Positions 50,051 to 59,504 of a stretch of DNA of 64,000 nt are shown here, in pieces (position 1 is the stretch's first letter; each line of letters starts with the position of its first letter). The stretch comes from a virus. Taxonomy: Duplodnaviria > Caudoviricetes. A model generated the notes under the pieces. That model was not told where the DNA came from and ran no database searches. It saw only the letters and a program-made list of their open reading frames with translations. A program made the position numbers and the translations under genes. Location of the stretch: positions 96,001 to 160,000 of IMG/VR virus record IMGVR_UViG_3300026549_000030; one strand, given 5' to 3'.

Positions 50051-52276
50051 TTACATATTACTTTTAGCGTCTTGTATTACGTCCTCAATCTGATCAAATC
50101 CAATCCAATCGGATTCGTTGTTTATATCAATTGCGAACACCTTGTGAACCTTACTGAAATCTTCAGGATACCAAATTGCAGGAACATTCTGTGAAGGAAG
50201 AAGGACAATTCCATATAATGTCACACCGTGGCACTTAAATTGGAATATTCCATTCGTTCCGATTGAAGGCTCATTGTCAAAATTAACAGGAGAAACTATA
50301 TTGTTGTTTCTCTTATTGATATCAATAATGTTGTATCCACCGCCCTTTGTTCTAACAGTAGTTACATTTACGCTGCTGTTTCCAATATTGCAATGAACAA
50401 TCTCATCACTTACGCTTGCGAATGCGTGCCTGAACTTCTGAACAGGATCGTTGTTTCTAATAGAACGTTCCTTCGCAGATTGGAAATCGAATAAATCGCT
50501 ATGCCAAGTTTTTCCGCAGTCAGTTGTGTATTGATAAGGGATAACTTGGTCGAAATTCCAACATACCATTGACAATCCGTCGTTTCCTCCGAAATATATT
50601 GCGCCCCTTACGTTATATTTTGAGAACAGATTCTGATATTTTGCTGAATTTCCATATCTACTATCGAACATAACGTGGAGCATTCCCGTCGTTCTGTTGT
50701 ACGAACCCACATTCATAGTATCTTGACAATTCTCAATGCGTTTTGCCATCCACCCCGACATTTCAGCCCATACGCTATCAGCAACGTCCTTAGGAAATAG
50801 GAAATAAACCTGGTCCTTCAATTGATATTTTCCCTTGTAAACTTTTTTAGCCCATTCCTCGTTGAAGATAAGGAATCTATTGAATCCGCCGTAGACAATC
50901 ATTTTAACGCCGCCTGCGTGAGTTTCCTTGTCATACTTGTAATATTGAACAGAATTAGGGTTAAGAACCGCGTAAACGCCCTCTCCGTACCAAGAGCCGT
51001 CGTTACTTCCAGCGAACTGCCTTAGCTGTCCATTTGAGAATATAGACTTGAAGTTGCTTGGAGCCGTAGCCCTATAAACATAACAAGTTCTCTTAGATAC
51101 AAATTCTTTCTCGTCTTTATCCGTAATCTCCTCTTCAAGATTTTTTCTAAATATCTCTCCAAGACTTTCAACGACTGGCTGATATCTATAATTTACCTTC
51201 TCGCGGTAATCAGCCAATATCTCGTCCATATTTTCCTTATTGAAAGGAAGCCATCCTTCTTCGTCATTAAGGTTAGGACGATGAAGATTTCTTAAATCGT
51301 TTTCAGGATACCAAATGGCAACAGTCTGATATGAAGGAAGAAAAACGGTTGCATACCAAGTCATTCCTCCGTATTTAAAGCTGAATACACCGTCCCTAAT
51401 TCCGGGAGAAGTGGGCTCCGATCCAAACCACACGTCGCTAATCACTTCAGGCTTAGGAGAAACAATGTTTTCAGTATCAACCTTTGCTATATTGTATCCT
51501 TCCCTTCTGTTTCTGATGACGCAATATAATTCATTATTTGTCTGAACCTTAACTGCGCTTGACTTATCAAAATCATCGAAAAACCCCTTTAATTGAAAAT
51601 CCCAATCGCAGCCCCTTTGATAGCGTTCCCTTGCATTGATATCAAAAACGTGTCTGAATTTATTTTTAACAGCGTCTTCGCTATCATATCTTGAAACATG
51701 CTCAGCAACATCCCAAAGTATTACAGAAGAGAAATCAAATGGAAGAACCGTAGCCACATAATCGTCATACATTATTCCGCGAATACCCCATTTTCTGCAA
51801 AGGCGAACGGTGTCGTCATATTGGTTCATTCTTACCCCGTTTGATTTTATAGCCGCAGCGTCATAAGGATCCTTTACAATAGTATCAATCTGCTCATTAG
51901 GTGTTAAATTCCTTCCGTAATATTTGATAACCTGTCGTTTAATTGAAGGATAATCGTCAGCATCAAACATTATATAGTTCTTAAATCCGCCAAGAACCTT
52001 TCCGCGAAGAATAACGTCGCCATACCCCTGTGCAGCACGACGAATTCCACCACTAAGCTCGAGAGATGCATAAACGCCCTCACCGCGCATTGTTCCTCCG
52101 TCCCCCGCAAGCTGATGTTGGAATCCGTGTTCTATATAGCTTTCAAGGTGCTGAGAACGGATAGCCTTGTATATACTTGGGCACGATGCAATATCCGAGT
52201 CAGAAGGAAGATTCCTCGCCTCGGATAGTACAGCATTTCTAAATGCCTCAGAGATAATATTTTTCAATTTACCCAT
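50051..52276 (-). CDS. Internally duplicated protein with two ADP-ribosyltransferase-like domains and an N-terminal leader
   Basis: YKAI...HGF...MRGEGVYAS and YRAT...NGQ...WYGEGVYAV; each unit ends ...LPS...AIWYPE. Confidence 0.55.
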   Translation of the reverse strand: MGKLKNIISEAFRNAVLSEARNLPSDSDIASCPSIYKAIRSQHLESYIEHGFQHQLAGDGGTMRGEGVYASLELSGGIRRAAQGYGDVILRGKVLGGFKNYIMFDADDYPSIKRQVIKYYGRNLTPNEQIDTIVKDPYDAAAIKSNGVRMNQYDDTVRLCRKWGIRGIMYDDYVATVLPFDFSSVILWDVAEHVSRYDSEDAVKNKFRHVFDINARERYQRGCDWDFQLKGFFDDFDKSSAVKVQTNNELYCVIRNRREGYNIAKVDTENIVSPKPEVISDVWFGSEPTSPGIRDGVFSFKYGGMTWYATVFLPSYQTVAIWYPENDLRNLHRPNLNDEEGWLPFNKENMDEILADYREKVNYRYQPVVESLGEIFRKNLEEEITDKDEKEFVSKRTCYVYRATAPSNFKSIFSNGQLRQFAGSNDGSWYGEGVYAVLNPNSVQYYKYDKETHAGGVKMIVYGGFNRFLIFNEEWAKKVYKGKYQLKDQVYFLFPKDVADSVWAEMSGWMAKRIENCQDTMNVGSYNRTTGMLHVMFDSRYGNSAKYQNLFSKYNVRGAIYFGGNDGLSMVCWNFDQVIPYQYTTDCGKTWHSDLFDFQSAKERSIRNNDPVQKFRHAFASVSDEIVHCNIGNSSVNVTTVRTKGGGYNIIDINKRNNNIVSPVNFDNEPSIGTNGIFQFKCHGVTLYGIVLLPSQNVPAIWYPEDFSKVHKVFAIDINNESDWIGFDQIEDVIQDAKSNM

Positions 52277-54071
52277 TTAAGTTTTCCATTTTATCGAAGA
52301 GTCTGAAGAAACCTTCCTGAACCATTTCAGGCGTTGTTTCGTCTGCAGTCTCCTCCATAACTTCCTCATCAAGTTCAAGTCCTGCGTAATGCGCAAACTC
52401 CTTGAAAGAAATAGGCTTAGGCATTCCATCTCCTAATCCTTCCTCAACAACAGCCTTAACCGTGCCGTTGTTGGCGCCAGAGCCATTGGCTCTTGATTTA
52501 GCCCTACTGTGTGACAATTTCAATAACTCGCTGTTAATTTCGCCAACAAGAGCAATGAAGTCTTGGTAGCATTTCGTTATATTTTCCTTGAATGTTTGAT
52601 CCTTACGCGCATTTCCGAGAGCAGCATTAAGGTTTGCACTATACTTCTGAACTTGGAATCCATAAACGGCTGCGAGTCCAATAGCGAATGCGTTTCCAAC
52701 CGCCTCTTTAATCGCAGGAACAACAATGTTTCTACCGGGGCAAACGTAATTCTTTGCGTAGAAATCCGCATAGTGCGCAATATCGTCACCGAGTGAACCG
52801 CCAACACCCCTTGGGCTTGTTCCGCATTTCTGTGTGCATATAGCTGAGAGAATGTTGATAATATCGGTAATTTCCTCATCACCCCTTCTTACAATCTGCT
52901 GTGGCTTATACTGAACACCAGCGTCAACAGCAGCCTTCTTGTCGTTTGTAACAGCAAGCGCGTTAGGAATACCCTGAATATTATCAGCAAGGTTAACCTC
53001 GGTATTGAACACATCCGGCATTCCGGGCCTTAACTGAGTATTGGAAATATCGTAAACTTTCTGCTTTGTAAAGTCAGGGCTCTGAGGGTTAAGAATGTTT
53101 GCAAGGAACATAACAGCCATAATCTCCGCTTGGCTCAACTGTCCCGCCTTCTTCTCAGCACGGAACACGTCATAAGGCTGACGTCCTGAGTTTGTGTTAT
53201 CGACATATCCAAGCTGAGCAGCAGCCTGATTCCATGCATTTATATCCTTGATTTTGTTGTTTGCAGTCTTGATTTCGAGGGCAAAGAGAGTCTTGTCAAC
53301 AACGTCACGGTTAAATACATTGTTCCAAGTCCACTCGTTCGTTACGAATGTGGCAGTAGGAAGATATGACTTAACCATAAGTTGATTCACAGGGCTAATT
53401 CTCCAACCACATGAATTTCCTTGCTTGATAATCTTCTGACGATTCGCGATAGATTGTGAGAAATTCACGGTTACGCCACCGACGAAGCCAAGTTTCTTTG
53501 TATAATTAGGATCCGAAAGAAGCGAAAGAATCTTATCAACGTTCATTGCCTGACGTTCCTCTGCTTTCTTTAAATCCTCATCACTCGGTGCCTCGTCAAT
53601 CCTTCCAATAATACTATTTGGAAGCGATGCAAGAGCATTCTGCTTATAATATCCGTTAGCAACGCCGTTCAATGCAGAAATATCAGAGACAATGTTCGGA
53701 AGGATTTTCTTAAATTCGTCCTCTTGTCCGGGAAGAATCGTCAAATCAATCGGAGTTGGCTCCTTAGGACCAAGCTTTTCAGTAGTATTTGGCTTTGCTG
53801 AGAGAATGCTTCCGTATTTGTTATTCCAATCCTGAATCAACTTGTTTATATGCTGATTATGAATCCACTGAAGACGCACTACAAGATTTTCATTTCCATT
53901 ATCGTCCTTTACATAAGAAGCACTTCTCGCTGTAGGAGCGACTGCATTGGGGTGATCCTTTACCGCAGTGGTTGTTCCTTTTCCACCTGCAGGTGCGCCA
54001 AATCTTTGCAATTCGTAAAGCGTTTCATTCACCATTTTCTCAATATCTGAAATGCCAAAATTTTCATTCAT
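52269..54071 (-). CDS. Hypothetical protein with ArdC-N-like motif and N-terminal leader
   Basis: ISPVNQLMVKSYLPTATFVTNEWTWNNVFNRDV. Confidence 0.5.
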   Translation of the reverse strand: MNENFGISDIEKMVNETLYELQRFGAPAGGKGTTTAVKDHPNAVAPTARSASYVKDDNGNENLVVRLQWIHNQHINKLIQDWNNKYGSILSAKPNTTEKLGPKEPTPIDLTILPGQEDEFKKILPNIVSDISALNGVANGYYKQNALASLPNSIIGRIDEAPSDEDLKKAEERQAMNVDKILSLLSDPNYTKKLGFVGGVTVNFSQSIANRQKIIKQGNSCGWRISPVNQLMVKSYLPTATFVTNEWTWNNVFNRDVVDKTLFALEIKTANNKIKDINAWNQAAAQLGYVDNTNSGRQPYDVFRAEKKAGQLSQAEIMAVMFLANILNPQSPDFTKQKVYDISNTQLRPGMPDVFNTEVNLADNIQGIPNALAVTNDKKAAVDAGVQYKPQQIVRRGDEEITDIINILSAICTQKCGTSPRGVGGSLGDDIAHYADFYAKNYVCPGRNIVVPAIKEAVGNAFAIGLAAVYGFQVQKYSANLNAALGNARKDQTFKENITKCYQDFIALVGEINSELLKLSHSRAKSRANGSGANNGTVKAVVEEGLGDGMPKPISFKEFAHYAGLELDEEVMEETADETTPEMVQEGFFRLFDKMENLNG

Positions 54072-54229
54072 AACATTATACAATTTACTATCAATAAATA
54101 CATTTTCCTAATAAAAAGTAAGATAATTGATAGATAAACTAAAGCTATATAGAAGTCATAAATTATTATAAAAACAAGAAAAATAACATTAAAACTTCGG
54201 CATTTTGATATTTATAATAAAAAGACTAT

Positions 54230-55189
54230 ATGGGAAAATTAAAATTTACCACTGAACAATTTATTGAAGAAGCCAAAAAAATTCATGGTGACAAATTTAT
54301 TTACGACAAGGCTGAGTATCTTGGGGGAGATAAAAAAGTGTGCATAATATGCCCTGAACATGGAGAATTTTGGCAATCCGCAAAAACACATTTGCATGGA
54401 ACCGGCTGCCCATATTGCTACGGGCACTATAAACCAACGACAGAAGGCTTCATTGAGAAATTAAAAAAAATCCACGGGGATAAATATGACTATTCGAAAG
54501 TAGAGTATAAAGGCTCGTTTTCTAAAGTTCGCCTAATTTGCCCTGAGCATGGAGAATTTTGGAAAACGCCCAACTCATTATTACAGGGGCAAGGATGCAG
54601 AAAGTGCGGAACGGCTTCCGCGCAAAATAAAAACAGGATGCAGCAAGAAGAATTCATTGAAAGGGCAAAAGATATCCATCAAAACAAATATGATTATTCG
54701 AAAGTGAACTATATTAATACTGACACAAAAGTTTGCATAATATGTCCGGAGCACGGAGAATTTTGGCAGACTCCACATCATCATTTAAATGGGGTCGGAT
54801 GCCCAAAGTGCGGAAGAAATGACATTACTGAGAAGAAATTATATGAGAATGTTGCAAAAATTTTCCCAGACGCCATACGCCAATATAGACCACATTTTCT
54901 TTATAATAACGGAAAGCCATTATCGTTAGATATTTTTATACCGTCTATAAATACTGCCATTGAATATCAGGGGCGACAACATTTTGTTCCTGTGTCAAGA
55001 TATGGCGGAGACAAAGAACTTTCCAACACAAAAAGAAGAGATGCCAAAAAATTTAATTTATGCAACGAAAACAATGTGACGTTATTGTATGCAAGCTTTG
55101 AAAAAGAAGCCCCAAATACGTATTTTAAGACTATTTATAATAATGAAACAGATTTAATTAACGAATTAAAAAGGCTAAAAAATGATTGA
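54230..55189 (+). CDS. Free-standing homing-type endonuclease (Zn-ribbon repeats + PD-(D/E)XK)
   Basis: Three ICPEHGEFW..GC repeats; LDIFIPSINTAIEYQGRQHF. Confidence 0.85.
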   Translation: MGKLKFTTEQFIEEAKKIHGDKFIYDKAEYLGGDKKVCIICPEHGEFWQSAKTHLHGTGCPYCYGHYKPTTEGFIEKLKKIHGDKYDYSKVEYKGSFSKVRLICPEHGEFWKTPNSLLQGQGCRKCGTASAQNKNRMQQEEFIERAKDIHQNKYDYSKVNYINTDTKVCIICPEHGEFWQTPHHHLNGVGCPKCGRNDITEKKLYENVAKIFPDAIRQYRPHFLYNNGKPLSLDIFIPSINTAIEYQGRQHFVPVSRYGGDKELSNTKRRDAKKFNLCNENNVTLLYASFEKEAPNTYFKTIYNNETDLINELKRLKND

Positions 55190-57053
55190 TTTAACTCAAA
55201 TATCAGAGGAATATGTCAAATGTGTAAGCGACACAACTCGCATATACATGATAGAACATTATCTCAAAACATTCGATATGCGAGTGAATAAAGAAGTGCC
55301 GTTCATGCTGTTTCCTCGGCAAAAAGATTTAATATCTGATTTTAAAAAATACAGGAGAACAATCTGCCTGAAACCGCGCCAAGCCGGAATTACAACAAGC
55401 GCGGCGGCTTTAATGGCTTGCGAGATAGCGTTAGCAGACCCAACCTCGCCTGAAACAGTCCTTATCGTAGGACGTGACTTAAAACTTTCTCAGAACTTAC
55501 TCGAGAAAATAGAGGCGTTCCTTCTTCAAATTCCAAGGTGGTTCTGGGGAGACGAATTCTTCTCACCGGATCCTAAATCTGAAAAGAATAAGAGGGATAT
55601 TTTTAAGGTTCACAATAAATCTCGCTTGGAATTAAAGAACGGCTGCAAGGTATATGCAGTTTCATCAGGCCCGAACGCAGCTCGTGGTATTTCATCTGTT
55701 TCTTGGCTTATATTCGATGAGGCAGCCTTCATTGAGAACGGTAAAGACGTTTATGCTCAGGCTGTCGCTACAACCTCAACGGGTGGTAAAACCATTATGA
55801 TTTCCACTCCTTGCGGTATGGATGAGCTTTATTACGACACATATTACAAGTCAACGATTGGAAAGAACGACTTCCACGTAACAGAACTTCGTTGGTACCA
55901 GGATCCAAGGTACAATCAGTTCCTTAAATGGCAGAAATTTGACGAAGATACCGGCAACATTATCTCCGAGATTGTTGAAGAAACCCTCAATGATAAGGGA
56001 GATATCAAATACGACCCAGATAGGTGGCTTACGTTGGAAAGAGAAGGGTATAAGCCAACGTCTCCTTGGTATGTCGGAATGTGCAACGCATTCAACAATG
56101 ACCCGATTAAAATTGCCCAAGAGCTTGACGTTTCATTTGTCGGTTCTTCGGACAATGTGGTTGCGGGAAATTTCATTGAAATGCAGAAGAAGCTCAACAA
56201 CAGGGAACCGGACCCTACACTTAGGGATATGGCACTGAATGAGACTTGGGTTTGGAAGGCGCCTATTCCTGGGCACCAATATATTATGGCAATAGATAAC
56301 TCAAAGGGTGATTCTGACGACGCAACGGCTCTTGAAATAATTGACATTGACGGAATTGACGACGACGGAACACCTTGCATGGAGCAGGTTCTCGAATATA
56401 ACGGAAAATTATATGGCGACGCAATTGGTGATATTGCAAACAATTACGGAAGGTTATATAATGACGCTTTTTGTGTGGTTGAAGATATTGGAGGCTATGG
56501 ATCAGCAACAATCCTTCGTCTTCTCGCACTTGAATATCCGAATATGTATTATGACGACGAGGATTTGAAGACATACACGATTATCAACAGAACTGAAACA
56601 AAGAATAAGGGCGATAGAATGCCGGGCTACAAGAATGGCAATAACCGATTCCAAATGCTCAACAACTTCGCGAATTTAGTTCGTACAAATCAGTTTAAAA
56701 TTCGCTCTTCAAGAGTGTGCGCGGAATTACAGACATGGATTTGGAAGAATGGACGCCAAGATCATATGGACGGAAAGCACGACGATACAATTACCTGCCT
56801 CGCAATGGGCTTGTTCGTTATTCAATTCTCACTCGGAAGAATGCTCAAGAACAAGGCAAAGGACGAAACTATTATGCGTGCGCTTATTATGGCAAACAGT
56901 CGCATAAAATACGTTCCAACCGCAACAGCAACAACCGAGCAGAAAATCGATGAAGTTAAAAAGAAATACGCAATGCCCGCGTATTATAGTAATCAGCCAC
57001 TTTATCAAGGACAAAGTGCAGCTTACAAAGCATCAATGTGGTTAATAAAATAA
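55182..57053 (+). CDS. terL: Terminase large subunit (gp17-like)
   Basis: LFPRQ, LKPRQAGIT (Walker A), LIFDEAAF, ISTPCG, nuclease MAIDNSKG...HDD. Confidence 0.95.
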   Translation: MIDLTQISEEYVKCVSDTTRIYMIEHYLKTFDMRVNKEVPFMLFPRQKDLISDFKKYRRTICLKPRQAGITTSAAALMACEIALADPTSPETVLIVGRDLKLSQNLLEKIEAFLLQIPRWFWGDEFFSPDPKSEKNKRDIFKVHNKSRLELKNGCKVYAVSSGPNAARGISSVSWLIFDEAAFIENGKDVYAQAVATTSTGGKTIMISTPCGMDELYYDTYYKSTIGKNDFHVTELRWYQDPRYNQFLKWQKFDEDTGNIISEIVEETLNDKGDIKYDPDRWLTLEREGYKPTSPWYVGMCNAFNNDPIKIAQELDVSFVGSSDNVVAGNFIEMQKKLNNREPDPTLRDMALNETWVWKAPIPGHQYIMAIDNSKGDSDDATALEIIDIDGIDDDGTPCMEQVLEYNGKLYGDAIGDIANNYGRLYNDAFCVVEDIGGYGSATILRLLALEYPNMYYDDEDLKTYTIINRTETKNKGDRMPGYKNGNNRFQMLNNFANLVRTNQFKIRSSRVCAELQTWIWKNGRQDHMDGKHDDTITCLAMGLFVIQFSLGRMLKNKAKDETIMRALIMANSRIKYVPTATATTEQKIDEVKKKYAMPAYYSNQPLYQGQSAAYKASMWLIK

Positions 57054-57077
57054 TTATAAGAAAAATATAGTATTAAA

Positions 57078-57197
57078 ATGTGCAATTGCGGATCAAAAGT
57101 TAAGAAAGTCGGTGGAAAACAGACGCCTAAGCGTCCACTTCCTGCAACAGGCAAGGCTCCATCAGTTAGAACGGTTATTCGCCGTCCTGCAAGGTGA
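57078..57197 (+). CDS. 39-aa basic CxC peptide (below the ORF-track cutoff)
   Basis: MCNCGSKVKKVGGKQTPKRPLPATGKAPSVRTVIRRPAR; A-rich start context. Confidence 0.5.
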   Translation: MCNCGSKVKKVGGKQTPKRPLPATGKAPSVRTVIRRPAR

Positions 57198-57246
57198 AGG
57201 GGAATGAGCTTGGAAAGCCTTCTCACAAAAGAGACAAACTGAAGAG

Positions 57247-57272
57247 ACTACGGTATAAGCCGTAGTTTTTTT
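57247..57272 (+). terminator. Rho-independent terminator
   Basis: ACTACGG-TATAAG-CCGTAGT followed by T run. Confidence 0.7.
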
Positions 57273-57301
57273 GTTTTTTCAAAAATTTATTCCTATCTTT
57301 G
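57270..57301 (+). promoter_or_regulatory. Bacteroidetes -33/-7 promoter
   Basis: TTTG-N20-TATCTTTG, 4 nt before ATG 57306. Confidence 0.6.
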
Positions 57302-57305
57302 CGCT

Positions 57306-57572
57306 ATGATATACGGATATGCAATAGTAGATAAAAAAACGGAGACACACGGGCTTCCATTTTATTGTTCTGATCAATGGAATGATTATCCCGTAATACG
57401 CAAAGTCAGATTATTTTCTTCAAAAAAGGAACGCGACAACGCGATGAATATCGAGAAAAAGAAACGTACATGGATTGATACAGCTGAAGTAGTTCCATTC
57501 AAAACCGCTTCAGTTCAAGGAAAACTAAGCATAGTTCCAACAAAGGAAATAAAAAAAGAGCCTCAAATCTGA
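57306..57572 (+). CDS. Hypothetical protein
   Basis: 88 aa, with its own promoter and terminator. Confidence 0.6.
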   Translation: MIYGYAIVDKKTETHGLPFYCSDQWNDYPVIRKVRLFSSKKERDNAMNIEKKKRTWIDTAEVVPFKTASVQGKLSIVPTKEIKKEPQI

Positions 57573-57582
57573 GGCTCTTTTT
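57551..57582. terminator. Bidirectional terminator after major capsid gene
   Basis: AAAAAGAGCCTCA-AATC-TGAGGCTCTTTTT. Confidence 0.8.
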
Positions 57583-57601
57583 AAGTATTGCTTTCCGAAT
57601 A

Positions 57602-59470
57602 TTAACGAAGCTCGTTGATATCCCAAGTCTGGAGTCCGTTTGCAACGATAGCGCCGTAGTAGCGGTTGTTAACCATCTTCTTAGCGTAACGAGTGATGAT
57701 ACCCTTAACAGGTGCGAAGTTAGCGCTGTTGTAGATAGTAGGAGTTAACTGCATAGGCACATAAGGTGCATAGATGTAACCTGTGTCGAGGAGGCTATCG
57801 CCCTTGTGTCCGATGATAGCGGACTCTGCAGGTGAATAAGGATCCACGAACACGTTGTAGCGGCCCTGGAGTGAACCAACCTTCTCAATACCCATTGAGT
57901 ATGTCACAGCCTCAGCGTTAGCGTCGGTTACGTGGAAGTACTCAAGGTCGTTGAGCATAGCGTTGATTTCGGTAGAAACAACCACGAAGTTTGCACCACC
58001 ACGAAGAGTTGACTTGTGAATCTGTGCAGAAATCTGATTGATCTTTGTCATGAAGGTCTGGTTCCAGTCCTTCTGAGTGTAGTTCGTTGAGAAACCACCC
58101 TGACGTCTCCAACCGTTGTAGTCCCACTTAAGCTGCCAAGGAGAAGCCTTGCGGAGGTCGCGGAGGATCTCACGGTCGATTTCAGCAGCAATCTGCTCTG
58201 AGAGGATAGCTGTAAGCTCAGCCTCAGCGTCGATGTTGTGGAATGCGGCAACGTCCTGAGCGAGTTCAGGAGACCATGTAGCACGGAGCTTGCGCTCGTC
58301 AACAGACACGGTAACATCTGAAAGCTTGAAGGAAACCTCACCGATTTCGGTTTCGAGCTCGAGAGAGTCATACTGTGCCCAAGCAACCATGAACTTGCTG
58401 TTCACGTCGTCAACGCTGATAGCGTCGCTTGCTACACCGATATAACCATCGAGAGTTGTTCCAGGAACCTTCACAGGTTTTGCAAGGTCGAGTTCAAGAT
58501 AAATCTTGCCTTCGGCGTCGCAAGGGTTGGAGTACTCCACTAAGCCCTTACCATAGCGCTGTGTAACGCAACGGAAGTGAACGGGCTCGCCCTTCTTGAA
58601 GCAAGCAAACTGGGTTTCGCCAGAAGCTGCAGCTTCGCCGATGTCTTCCTTAGCAACTACTCTAAGTGAAGCGAGGAATGACTCAGTGTCCATTTCGTTT
58701 CCGTCAGGACCTGTGAGCTTTGAAGCACGGAATGAAGAGAAACCGCTAACCTCAACGATAATGTTGCGGACGGAATCGTCAATACCGCATACAGGAAGAG
58801 TGTCAACATCCTTATAGTCGCCGTTGAAAGCAATGCGAACAGGCTTTACAGCACCAACGCGGATATGAACCTTACCCTTTGAATGATCGAAAAGACCATC
58901 ATTGTAGAAGAGGTCGTAAAGGCTCTTCTTGAAGAAGTGCACAACCTCAGGAGTATTACCAGACTCGTCGATATTTACAACCTCGTCAGGGAGATAGTAA
59001 CGCTGGCGAACTGCGCCGTCATAGTTACCTTCCTCGTCACGGTGGTTGCGCTCAACGCGGTCGTAACCCATAAGTCCGTAGTGAGAAGCAGTAGCTCCGT
59101 CAAGATTCTCCTTGTCGCCTTCGAACCTGCGCTCTGAAGTAACAGGAAGAATGAAGAAAAGTTTGCCGATAGGCATGTTCATAGCCTGAACGGACACGAT
59201 GTCGTTAGCAAGAAGACGTGAGAAAACACGACGTACTAACGGGAACACAACAGTCTCGAATGAACCGCTGTTGGATGCATCAGAAGCTTCCTTAAGAAGG
59301 ATGTGAGCTTCGTTCTCGAAAAGGGTAGCCATATTCTCTTTGAGATATCCGGTAAGACCCTTTGTGAAGCCGATGTTGTCCCAACGCTCCTGGATCATTT
59401 TGCGAGCCTCTTCATGTTTGCCAGTGGAAATGTTACCAACCTGGCCGCCTTGTAAGAAGTTTGATACCAT
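57602..59470 (-). CDS. Major capsid protein (gp23-like)
   Basis: FPLVRRVF, VQAMNMPIG, RKLRATWSPELAQD, AEAELTAILSEQIAAEIDREI, YAPYVP; probable maturation site LLKE|A. Confidence 0.97.
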   Translation of the reverse strand: MVSNFLQGGQVGNISTGKHEEARKMIQERWDNIGFTKGLTGYLKENMATLFENEAHILLKEASDASNSGSFETVVFPLVRRVFSRLLANDIVSVQAMNMPIGKLFFILPVTSERRFEGDKENLDGATASHYGLMGYDRVERNHRDEEGNYDGAVRQRYYLPDEVVNIDESGNTPEVVHFFKKSLYDLFYNDGLFDHSKGKVHIRVGAVKPVRIAFNGDYKDVDTLPVCGIDDSVRNIIVEVSGFSSFRASKLTGPDGNEMDTESFLASLRVVAKEDIGEAAASGETQFACFKKGEPVHFRCVTQRYGKGLVEYSNPCDAEGKIYLELDLAKPVKVPGTTLDGYIGVASDAISVDDVNSKFMVAWAQYDSLELETEIGEVSFKLSDVTVSVDERKLRATWSPELAQDVAAFHNIDAEAELTAILSEQIAAEIDREILRDLRKASPWQLKWDYNGWRRQGGFSTNYTQKDWNQTFMTKINQISAQIHKSTLRGGANFVVVSTEINAMLNDLEYFHVTDANAEAVTYSMGIEKVGSLQGRYNVFVDPYSPAESAIIGHKGDSLLDTGYIYAPYVPMQLTPTIYNSANFAPVKGIITRYAKKMVNNRYYGAIVANGLQTWDINELR

Positions 59471-59504
59471 AATTAGTTTCTTTTTTTATAACTTTGTTAT
59501 TTTT

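Noticed and set aside
55182-57053. Intein or intron in terL (also checked the helicase and capsid genes)
   Set aside because: Motifs are contiguous, lengths are ordinary and no Hint blocks were seen.
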